A stretch of DNA of 63,946 nucleotides, counting the filler, from Octopus bimaculoides (taxonomy: Eukaryota), in NCBI RefSeq assembly GCF_001194135.2. It is 5 parts of 5 records of this genome, joined end to end, with 100 filler letters (N's around TTAATTAATTAA, not from the genome) between each part and the next. Parts side by side here need not be neighbours in the genome. Positions count along the whole stretch, not along the records: positions 15,769 to 43,527 come from NC_068989.1; positions 43,628 to 53,780 come from NC_068993.1; 3 more parts are not named here. One strand, 5' to 3'. Of this stretch, positions 38,750 to 50,030 are shown one piece after another (position 1 is the first letter of the stretch; every line of letters begins with the position of its first letter). Made by a program: the position numbers and the translations under genes. The notes under the pieces are model-generated. The model had not been told where the DNA came from. It did no database searches and saw only the letters and a program-made list of their open reading frames with translations.

Positions 38750-39000
38750 TATGTGTGGTAGAGAAGCTTGCTTTCCAACTAGGTGGTTCAGGGTTCACTC
38801 CTACTGTGTGGCACCTTGGGCAAGTGTCTTCTACTATAACCCTAGGCTAACCGAAGCCTTGTGAGTGGTTTCGGTAGGCGGATGCCTAAAAGAAACCGTC
38901 TTATATGTATATCTTTGTAATCTATATGTGTATGTCTTTGTGTCTACATCTACCTCCGCCATCGCTTGACAACCAGTGTTGGTGTATTTACATCTCCCTA
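38750..39000 (+). mobile_element. SINE family A copy
   Basis: Family A motifs. Confidence 0.75.
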
Positions 39001-39666
39001 ACTATTCTTTTGCTACCATGGGTAAAAGCAAGGAATATGGGACGCATGCAATAATTATAATTTAACTTACATCCAATTTCTTGGTGCTTATCCAAACGGG
39101 TGAGATTATTATTAATTTTCAAACGAAAAATATTTACCTTAATATCAAATGAAATAAAACAATTTTTTTTTTTTTACATAACTCTTCCCATAGCTACCCT
39201 GTCTGTTGCCTTTTCTTCCTCTTCCTCTCCTCTTTACTATTTTTGTGATTATTTCTCTCTGTGTGTATGTGGAGCGGAGTTAGTCTTTTACTCATTTCCT
39301 GTCACCATTTTTATTCATTCCCTGCCCAGTATTTGCACTCACCTGGATCACTTCTATTAACTTCCTCTGTGTCTCTCTTTCACTCTCTCCCTCTCACTCT
39401 CCCCCTCTTTCTCTTTCTTTGTATGATTTAAAGTGTGATTAGAGGAATCAATCAACCAACATTTATATCGGCTGTTATATAACTGGATGATAGCTGCTGA
39501 GATGATCGACTTTTAACCGTGTAAATCTTGCAGCGTCTTAGAGTTTTATAAAATTCCAGCTAATGATTACTTAACAAACCAATAGATAAATGAATAAATA
39601 AATAAAATATAGTCTCCCTCTTCTATAAATTCAATTGTCTATTTTCTCTAAATTTTCACTTGCAGA

Positions 39667-39841
39667 TATCATACTTGAAGCTCGGTATGGTTCGCACAGA
39701 AAACAAAGACGCAGTCGCACTGCGTTCACTAACCAACAGCTAGCGGCTCTGGAGAAAACATTTGCTAAGACACATTATCCAGACGTTGTCATGCGCGAAC
39801 GACTTGCAATGATGACAAGCTTACCAGAAGCTCGAATTCAG
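39667..39841 (+). CDS. Dmbx: Dmbx-like homeobox gene, exon encoding the DIILEARYG motif and homeodomain residues 1-46
   Basis: ttgcag acceptor; (D)[58 protein letters not shown]; donor gtgcct at the PRD-class Q46/V47 intron position. Confidence 0.9.
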
Positions 39842-40099
39842 GTGCCTTTTACAAATCATATATATATATATATAAACAAGAACAAATCATTAAATTCCTC
39901 ATTGTTATTGTATTTTTACAAAACCATTATTATTTCATTCGTTCACTGGTTCCAGTCATTGAACTGTCGTCATGTTGGATCTCTGCCATCAAAGATTTCA
40001 AACAATTATATTGTACACAAAATTTAACTTGAGATTTATAAATTGTTGTTGTTGCTGTTGTGCTTGATCTTGTTGCTTTTGGTTTTTGCTAAGACACAG

Positions 40100-40744
40100 T
40101 GAGCTGGCAGAATCATTAACACGCTAGACAAAATGCTTTACGGTATTTCTTAAGATATTACATTCTGAGTTCAAATCCTGCCGATGAGGACATTGCTTTT
40201 TATCTTTTCGGTTTCCGTGGAATAACTACCAGTTAAGCAATGGGGTCGATGTAATTGACTAGCCACCTCCCCGAAAATTTCAGGACTTGTGCCTATTGTA
40301 CAAAGGAATATTATTATTGTTGTTTTGGAGATTTTAATTAGTTATTTATTAATTATTTATTTCGCTAATTCTGTTATATATACTTTGTTATATCATTTAA
40401 TGTAGTATCCCTTTGATCGATGTAACACCCTACTTGTTTTTGTTTTTGCATTTTGGGTGCCGTAACTTGACTTTTGATATTGTCCTCCATGCCTTGGGCC
40501 CTTGTAGTCAATAAAAGTAATCAATATTATTATGAAGGTGGTTGAATCGCTAGGAAACCAGGCAAAATGCTGAGTGGCATTTCGTCCATCTTTATGTTTT
40601 GAGCTGAAATTCCACCGAGGTCGACTTTTATCCTTTTGGGGTCGATACCATAAGTACCAGTTGAACACTGGGGTCGATGTAGTCAATTGACATCATCCTA
40701 CGAAATTGTTAGATTTGTGCCAAAATTTGAAATCTTCATCGTCT

Positions 40745-40745
<1 letters not shown>
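40100..40745 (+). mobile_element. Two SINE family B copies in the homeobox intron (40100-40320, 40540-40745)
   Basis: Family B motifs. Confidence 0.7.
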
Positions 40746-40817
<72 letters not shown>

Positions 40818-40831
40818 CATTATTATTATTA

Positions 40832-40900
<69 letters not shown>

Positions 40901-40901
<1 letters not shown>

Positions 40902-41027
40902 GTGATGAAAACTCACAGCTTATTTTTCTGGGTATGAGGGAAAGTGTCATTTGTCCACAACGAGCAGACAAAGGTGACACTTGTTTACTGGTCATGCTTC
41001 AAGAACCCTGCGAAGAATACTTACAGT
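40901..41027 (-). mobile_element. Very short R4/Dong-like 3' insert inside a (TTA)n array
   Basis: Homologous to 4636-4760; minus strand reads TVSILRRVLEA*; (TTA)n on both sides. Confidence 0.8.
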
Positions 41028-41038
41028 ATTATTATTAC

Positions 41039-41179
<141 letters not shown>

Positions 41180-41259
41180 CATTATTATTATTATGTTAAT
41201 CGTGATCATCATCATTATCATTACCATCAATATCAATTGTCGTCACTATTTACACACAG

Positions 41260-41626
41260 GTTTGGTTTAAAAATAGACGAGCAAAATTCAGAAAAAAGCA
41301 AAAAGCATTAAAACAGAAAGAACGATTAACCAGCGAACTGAACTCAATGGATGAACAGCCGAGTCCGTGTGAAGATGATAGCATCAGCGATAAATCTTTG
41401 AGCCATCACACAGCTCAACAGTCAGTTCATGTCTCACAGATTCTCCAACATCACAGTTGCACAAGTGAGGCCACCATGAGTGGACCGAGGCCAGTTAGAA
41501 ATTCGTCACCTGAGAAGAGTTCATCGCAACAAATGGAAAACAACGAAATTATCTCCCTTGAACACAGCAACGACAGTACTTCCATGCTTTCAAAATGTAC
41601 GCCAGAGCAAAAGATTCCTGGAAATG
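41260..41626 (+). CDS. Dmbx: Dmbx-like homeobox gene, next exon (helix 3 with K50 plus Ser/Gln-rich region)
   Basis: acacag acceptor; VWFKNRRAKFRKKQKALKQ..; probable donor G|GTAATT at 41626/41627. Confidence 0.85.
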
Positions 41627-42009
41627 GTAATTATCGAATTTTTCGACACATTCATTCACCACACACACAAACACACACACAAACACACACACACGCACGC
41701 ACACACACACACACACACACACACATGCACCCACGCACATACACGCACGCATGGACATACATACGAACACTATTGCTTTTACCCGTTAATATTTGCAGGT
41801 AAGTCAATATCCTGTCTCTTTTTGTAGTATCAGTTATTGTCCAAATATTATATATATGTGTATGTGTGTGTATGTATACATATATATAATCTATTTTTTA
41901 CCCTTTGTACCTGTTGTTTCGAACTATTTCTGAGAAATAGCAGACAATCATCCCTATAAAGACCCCCTCTAATATTTGTGAATTAATCAGCTAATTCATA
42001 AAGTATAAA

Positions 42010-42502
42010 AGAACAAACCACATCAGCTGTGGATGATTGTCTGCTATTTCTCAGAAATAGTTCGAAACAACAGGTACAAAGGGTAAAAAATAGATTAGCT
42101 AGATTTTTTCGCAGAATGGGAATGGATATTATTTTTGAGGATAATATATCTGTAGCTAATTTCTTAGATGTTACACTTGATCTGCATAATAAATCATATA
42201 GGCCATATCATAAACCTTTAACTAACCTGAGGTATATTAATAGATCTAGTAATCATCCAAAAGCAATAATAGATAACTTAGTTCATAGTATATCATTAAG
42301 ATTGTCTAACCTCTCTGCAAATAATCTGGTTTTTGAAGATGAGGTAAAGTTTTATAACTCCGCTTTGTTGGAAGCAGGATATAATGATAAGGTATACTAT
42401 ATTAAACCAGATTCTGCTTCCTCTATTGAAGATGTTAATAATAATAATATTAATAAAATTAATAATGTTAATAATAGGAATAAGGGTAGTTATAAAACTA
42501 AC

Positions 42503-42558
<56 letters not shown>

Positions 42559-43527
42559 TAGTGTTAACCTATTTAGTAAGATTAAACATAGGACAAGATC
42601 CAACGATAGTGTACCAAGGACTGAAAATAGTAGACTTAAGTTTTTTAGGGAAAACATTGTAAGTTATCCTGGGAAACAGGATAGTCTATGGTTCATCGTC
42701 CCATATTGGAGGCAGGTAAAATCAAATTTAGTTAGTTTATTTAGGAATGTAGTTAGGAAACATTTTACAAAAAACTCGCACTACTACAAGGTTATTAACG
42801 AGCATAAGGTAAGGTTCGGTTTTTCAAATACCAAAAATTTGACCCAAATTATCGCCGCTCATAACTTTAAACTGTTATCCTCTAATTCTAGTCATGATTC
42901 TGTTGACATAAATATAGAGAGTAATAATAATAATGCAGACAATGGTCGAGATGTTAGTCAAGATATAAAGGATATGGATAATACCATTAACTATGATAAT
43001 AAATTAATAGAAATATCTGAAGATAACCCTAATAGAATAAGATTCCTTAGTGCAAATGCTAAAACTAAAAACATTGTGTATAGGCGTAATGTTATAACGG
43101 ATAAGAAGATTTGGAGTTATATTGGGTCTTCGTCACTTGAAGTCTCGAAAAGAATTTCTAATCATTATTCGACGTTTAGGGATAGGAGTAAACAATATAG
43201 TACGGCGCTTAGTAGTTTGATATGGAAATTGAAAGATGAGAAAAGGGATTACTCCCTTGAATGGTTGATAATAGGCAAATCGATGCCGTGCGACAAGGGT
43301 AAAGGTACTTGTTCGTTATGTAACTTGGAATTATTTTCCATACTCTTTTCCAAGGGTCACCTAGTTAATAAAATTACGTTTAAAGATTACAGATGTCTGC
43401 ATATGTATAGGCATACGTTTGCATTTTATAAATAGGAATATTTATATAATTTACCGGAATGTATATAGACACAAGTGCGCATTTTAGGAATAGGTATATT
43501 TATTTCCATATATTTTACTGGAATTAG
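42010..43527 (+). mobile_element. Penelope-like element, 5'-truncated, open ORF 42029-43435 (RT C-half plus GIY-YIG endonuclease)
   Basis: VDD.., NFLDVTLDL, YINRSSNHP, IVY..YIG, RISNHYSTF, TALSSLIWKLK, CSLCNLE. Confidence 0.9.
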
Positions 43528-43627
43528 NNNNNNNNNNNNNNNNNNNNNNNNNNNNNNNNNNNNNNNNNNNNTTAATTAATTAANNNNNNNNNNNNNNNNN
43601 NNNNNNNNNNNNNNNNNNNNNNNNNNN
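43528..43627. other. Assembly spacer 44N-TTAATTAATTAA-44N
   Basis: Identical spacer. Confidence 0.95.
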
Positions 43628-44199
43628 ATATATATATATATATATATACATACATACATATACATATATGCATATATATATCTACATGCACATATATATA
43701 TATGTACATATATAAATATATATGTATACGTATATATGTATATATATATATATATGTATATATATGTATGAGTGTATATACATGTGCATATATGTACATA
43801 TATATGCACATACACACACATATACATTTATATACATATATGTATATTTATATATGTATAATTTTACATACATACGCACACATATATAACCCATACTTAA
43901 ATGCAAAGACATATATTTATGTATGTGTATGCGTGCGTGTATGTGTGTTTGTGCGTGTGTGCGCGCGTGTGAATGTGTGTGTGTGAATGTCTGTGTGTGT
44001 GAATGTCTGAGTGTGTGAATGTCTGTGTGTGTGTCTGTGTATAAGATGAAAAATATCCCAGTACATATCTTAAGANNNNNNNNNNTGAATGTCTGAGTGT
44101 GTGAATGTCTGTGTGTGTGAATGTCTGTGTGTGTGAATGTCTGAGTGTGTGAATGTCTGTGTGTGTGTCTGTGTATAAGATGAAAAATATCCCAGTACA

Positions 44200-44810
44200 T
44201 ATCTTAAGAAGCTTATCACGAAAGTGAAAGACATCATAAAAGAATGAGTGGGAAAGCTTACTTTTATGCGAACAGCCGTGCAGATTTACCACCAGAAGAA
44301 CTATTGGGTATAAAAACTAATAATACGCGGTAATTGACCAGCATGGATAATGGAACTTCGGTGTTTTGAAGCGGAATTACTTGAGATGATCAACGGAATA
44401 AGTTTAAAGAATATAGAATACGTAGCACAAACACAAATCAAACACAAGAACAATTAATAAGTCTAACAATATTTTTATCTTTTCCGATGAAACCAAAAAC
44501 CTGTACGAAATAGATAGCCACACTCTAATGTAATAATATTACACAGAAAATAAAATACAGGAAAGCAGTTAAGAATACCACCAACGAGATTATTAGCGAG
44601 GTCATGTCCATAGCATCAAGCCTAAAATTAGACATGAAACTACAATGTTTAGGCGAAAGCGATGTCTATATCACGCTAAAAGATCATATGTAAAACTGCA
44701 CCTTTGCTTCCCAGTGTTGAATTATTAATTTCTTTAGGAGCGAACTCGGAAAAGTATGAAAGTATATTTCAGCATTAAGAGATATATTAGGAAATTCAGT
44801 TCTTAGAATA
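44200..44810 (+). mobile_element. Decayed Penelope-like ORF, N-terminal/RT 5' part
   Basis: IIKRMSGKAYFY, FIFSDETKNLYEID, VYITLKDH, IINFFRSELGKV in shifting frames. Confidence 0.7.
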
Positions 44811-45159
44811 CATGAAGACGGATGGCTTAGTAGTTAGCGTGTTGCACTCAAGCAGCCCCGACTGGGCGTTGCGTTGTGTTTTTGAGTGAATCACTTCATT
44901 TTACGTCGCTCTACGATCGTTTCGTTTTCTAACATATGGCACGCCGTGCTCCTGTACAGGTCATGTGGATTTGATGGAGGGAATGAGGTTACGTGAACAT
45001 TTGATCACTATGAACAAATCATATGTGTGGTTGTTCGACAAGAAATTGCAGAACCCTCATACGTCGTCTAACGACGGGCGAGTCCGTGGTGATGATGATG
45101 AAACACACAAACGCGCGCGCACGCACGCACACACACACATACACACAAACACAACCACG

Positions 45160-45310
45160 ATGGGCTTCTTTCAGTTTCCATCAACCAAATCCACTCACAA
45201 GACTTTGGTCGGCCCGAAGCTATAGCAGAAGACACTTGTCCAAGATGCCATGTAGTGGGACTGAACCCGGATCCATGTAGTTGGAAAGCAAACTTCTTGC
45301 CACGCCTGCG
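45160..45310 (-). mobile_element. SINE family A 5' half
   Basis: Family A motifs. Confidence 0.75.
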
Positions 45311-45724
45311 TCTATGTATGTCAACAAAATTCAAAACAAACATATTTGTTGTAACGATTTTGTTTCGACCAAAGCTCAAGTTCACTGCAGAGTGAAGGAC
45401 TCAAAAGAAAGGAAAAAGGGATCTACAAATTTAAAACATGTCGACTGACAAAAATCATAAAGGACTGAATATCATAAAGCAGAGGAAAACATGGCGGTTG
45501 TGGTGAGAGCAGTTCGAGGAAAGAAACTGTTAAAATAGAAGAGCAACTCAACAGAGAACCGATGCATCCTGGGAAGAGAAGCAAATGGTACGTTTAAAGG
45601 TTTTGCCAGAAGAATGATCATTAGAGTATTGATCATGGAAATGCGTATTAAAAAAATGCACAACGAAAATACTTTTCGGCGATGAGCCAAATTAGAAATA
45701 TATTTTTAATATATTTCTAATGTC

Positions 45725-45880
45725 TAAAGCGGCGAGGTGGCACAATTGTTACCACACCGGGCAAAATATTTAGCGCATTTCGCCCGTCTTTACGTTCTGA
45801 GTTCAAAGTTCACTGGAGTCGACTTTGCCGTTCATCCTTTCGGGGCCGATAAAATAAGTACCTGTTGAGCACTGGGGTAA
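45725..45880 (+). mobile_element. SINE family B copy
   Basis: Family B motifs. Confidence 0.75.
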
Positions 45881-45889
45881 TTTTTTTAC

Positions 45890-46130
45890 TGAACGACCTG
45901 TCAATATAGCAGGGACTTAGAACGTGCAGATTTAAAGAAAACATACTTCATACTCAAAAGTGCTATAATTCATGAGCAATGAAACAACACCAAAAACGCA
46001 ACTGTATGCGAAATATCATTTGGTTTAAATTAATTTTCAACATCAACAGTCATAAAGGTAAAATTTTCCCAAATTTAATTTCAAAATATTTCTCAATCGC
46101 CGAATTCATCATAAGTCATTTAACCACCAA
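45890..46130 (+). mobile_element. Decayed Penelope-like fragment (post-RT region)
   Basis: KRNCMRNIIWF..GKIFPNLISKYF resembles the PLE NIIWFNPP..LI.KHF segment. Confidence 0.55.
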
Positions 46131-46782
46131 AATACGTAAATGGGTTGTTTTCCTGAGGTCGATAGCGTTATTTCAAATAGTTCTTTCTACTCTGGCACAA
46201 AACCCTAATTTTTGTGGGGTGGGATTAGAGGCTTGTCGATGACATCAGCTTCAGTGTTGAACTGTTACTTATTTTATCGATTCCAAAAGGATGAAAGCAA
46301 AGTCAATTTCGGCTGAATTTGTACTCAGAACGTAAAAACGAACAAAATTGCGCTAAGAATTTTGTCCGGCGTGTTACTGATTCTAGCAGCTAATAATCAT
46401 AGTAAAGAATTACGTTCACGAAGCAACCACGCATCTAATATTAACGTAAACAACTCTATAATGCTCAGGTATCAATGCAGTAATCTACCCTTTAAAAATT
46501 ATGATATGGGAGACAACTATAAAGAATCAGGTGACTGTAAAATTGCTGAGTTATTCCCCTTGACAGCAAATCTAATGCTGATGAGACTGTCGAGCTGATG
46601 TCATTTCTCTCCACCAACTTTCAGAGAAAATCAAATGATACATAGGTGTGTGTGAGGGAACATTTAAGTTACGCCAATCACAAATCTAAAATCTAATTTT
46701 AAATTCGCAATTTGGAGGAACGCCGCAACTCTTTCAATCTGCGGTCTCTCGAAAGTTTATAAAATTCTTGGCCTCAATAATA

Positions 46783-46821
<39 letters not shown>

Positions 46822-47451
46822 ACACACACACACACACACANNNNNNNNNNNNNNNNNNNNNNNNNNNNNNNNNNNNNNNNNNNNNNNNNNNNNNNNNNNN
46901 NNNNNNNNNNNNNNNNNNNNNNNNNNNNNNNNNNNNNNNNNNNNNNNNNNNNNNNNNNNNNNNNNNNNNNNNNNNNNNNNNNNNNNNNNNNNNNNNNNNN
47001 NNNNNNNNNNNACATTTTCATTGTACATTCTGTGGTGTTCTCACCACATGAATAAATGGAGCTTGTACAAAACGTACGTACTGCTATAACCTATTGAATT
47101 TTTGTTGCTTATCTTCAAATTTTTATTCACCAAATCTCTTGATTTTGTTTTTGGTTTTTATCCTACCAAATTATGGTGCCTCAAACAGTTTAAGTACCAC
47201 ATTTAATCTTTTGATTAAATCTATATTATTATTATTATATATATATACATACATATATATGCACATATATATGCGTATGTGTGTGTGTGTGTGTGTGTAT
47301 TACAGGTTTGAGTCAATGAACTGCAGTCCTTCTAGGACGCCACCTACATGGATTTTGAATATAGCCATTTGTCATTAGTACATGCACAAACATTGCAGCT
47401 AATGGCGCTCTCTCTCTCTCTGGGGGAACAGCAATACTAAGCGGAGATCGT

Positions 47452-47665
47452 CAAGGAACTGTACTGGAACCACTGCTGTTTGAGGCGGTTCTAGTCACAC
47501 AGTTAGCCACTCTCACCAGCTATGCTGATGACACAAATGCATCACAAACAATCAAAGACTATGAAGATATTGCAAAACTACAGAAATATTTGAACGCAAT
47601 ATACAAGTGACCTGAAGGAAAGAATATGCAGCTCACTGCTGATAACTTTCAATAACTCCGTTATC
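47452..47665 (+). mobile_element. CR1/L2-type RT fragment
   Basis: QGTVLEPLLF..SYADDT..LQKYLNAIYK*..NMQL. Confidence 0.75.
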
Positions 47666-48819
47666 GATCCACAATACACAATAAAGACAGAATTCTTGTT
47701 CAGATTATAAAATAATCTCTCTATAAAATTGACTATTTCGTAAACTTAAACGAGAAGAAACACCGACATTTCAGAAATATAATTGAAAAACTGAAGATTG
47801 AAAATAAATCCAATGGTGTTTCTTTCTACTAAACTGTGAGGTGTTTGCCAATAGGCAATGTCTTGAGTATATTTGTAGCTTTGTTAGAATCTATTATTGC
47901 ATGGTTTAAAGACAAGAAAATACCCTATCCTCAACTGAAACGAATGCAATAACTGATTTAACGATTCATCGACAAAACTCTCAACTTGATTCTTCGAGGG
48001 AAGTCTATGATTGTTTATGATTTTACTCAGATAATTCTCAAACTTTAAGAATATAATAGGAATTTTTCAATGAAGCATATTGTCAAGAGACTTCAATCAG
48101 TTTTCCAATCATTGTAGGAGAGGAGCTGTAGTTTAGTGGTTAGGTTTCTCGGCAGGTTGTGTCCCCGAGCAAGATACTATATATATATATATATATATAT
48201 NNNNNNNNNNNNNNNNNNNNNNNNNNNNNNNNNNNNNNNNNNNNNNNNNNNNNNNNNNNNNNNNNNNNNNNNNNNNNNNNNNNNNNNNNNNNNNNNNNNN
48301 NNNNNNNNNNNNNNNNNNNNNNNNNNNNNNNNNNNNNNNNNNNNNNNNNNNNNNNNNNNNNNNNNNNNNNNNNNNNNNNNNNNNNNACGTGCATGCATAC
48401 ATTCATACATACATAATGCATGCATACATACATACACACACATATGTCGGTGATTTCATTTTTGGCAACAAGATTTGTCCTTACTGTAGTATGCCAATGT
48501 GGTACATCAGTCTTACCTTCCATTGTCCTTTTGAACATACGTATCAATTGGCCTCTATAAAAAATATCAGCTTCTTGTACCAATATCCAGCTATTAGATT
48601 TCTTCCAGATGCCTTCCCATTCTGCAGTTTGCCTACTGCTATAGCGAAGGTTTCTGGTATATATGTATGTCTGTATGTATGTATGTATGTATGTATGTAT
48701 GTATGTATGTATGTGTGCATGTATGTATAGGGAATAAGAGGAAGGTGTATTTTCCTCCCTTCAGTTCTAACTTATTCAAGTTTGAATATATATGTGTGTG
48801 TATGTGTGTGTATGTGTGT

Positions 48820-48866
<47 letters not shown>

Positions 48867-49629
48867 TGACTGTATATTTGTAATTCTGTATGTGTGTGTG
48901 CACGCGAGCGTATGTATCAAATATTTAAACAGAGGAGAGTAGTTTTGGAAAAAGAAAGTAACAAAGAAGAACAAAGTTAGTGTGTGGTGTTTCATAAAGA
49001 ATAGAAAAAGACAAAAAGTAAGAAGTAACATAGGTAACGACGCACAACGAAGAGAAGAATATAAATGTCTTTATGCTAAGAGTTTTTGTTTGGTAAAAAT
49101 ATTTAAAAGATATATCGGGTTATTTCACGCAAAAGGAAACAATAGCTGAAAGATTATAATAAAACTGTGCTGCCTTGATTTATGTATTTCTATGTTCCCA
49201 GAAGCCAATAGGATTTAAAAAAGTAAAGAAAATATTCTGTGGCACTGTTGTCATGTGACCATCTTTGATGCAGTCTAGAAGGTGACAGTTTGACTGCAAG
49301 GACAAAAGGTAGGTATCAAGTTCAAGCCTAGAAAAAAACCCAAAAAACTTTCTATCTTGCAAGGATGTATTTTTCGGAAGAACGAATTGTAAAACTACCG
49401 TTTGGCAGTGTTATGTTTTTGGAAGATCATCCTACGTGTTAGCAAAAACAGAATTTACTGTGGCCATTAGGATTTGTTGCATCAGTTACGTTTTAGCATC
49501 ATAAAATTATTCATGGGTCATTATATTTCAGTTAGTTTAAGCAACATGCCAGAGCATTTTCAGTATTTAAAAAGTTCTTGTTGCGTCAGTTACGGTGGAA
49601 TTGCCTTGTACTTGAAATAACTCTTTTTT

Positions 49630-50030
49630 CTACAGGCACAAGGTCACACATTTTTGGCGTGGAGTACAAGTCGATTACAATGACCCCAGTGTTCAACTGG
49701 TACTTATTTTATCGACCCCCGAAAGGATGAAAGGCAAAGTCAATCTCGGCGGAATTTGAGCTCAGGGCGTAAAACCGAAAGAAATGTCGATTAAAATTTT
49801 ATCCGGAATGGTAACGATTCTGCAAGCTTGTTACCTTTGCGTTTGAAATAATGATAAGTACGTTTTCTGATTTAGATACAAGGCCAGCAATTTTGAGGAG
49901 AAGGAACAGCATCGACCTATCCCTAGGGGGATGGAAAGCGGGTGGTATTTGAACTCAGGAAGTAAAGAACAGGAACACATATCACATAGCATTTTCCTGA
50001 CTCTCTAACGATTCAGCCAGCTCAGAACAC
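49630..50030 (-). mobile_element. Two SINE family B copies
   Basis: Reverse-complement family B motifs. Confidence 0.7.

Noticed and set aside
39842-40027. ORF continuation after the homeodomain (VPFTNHIY..)
   Set aside because: Intron read-through; the homeodomain resumes at 41260
43975-44200. Duplicated GT-rich block
   Set aside because: Flanks a 10-N gap; assembly overlap
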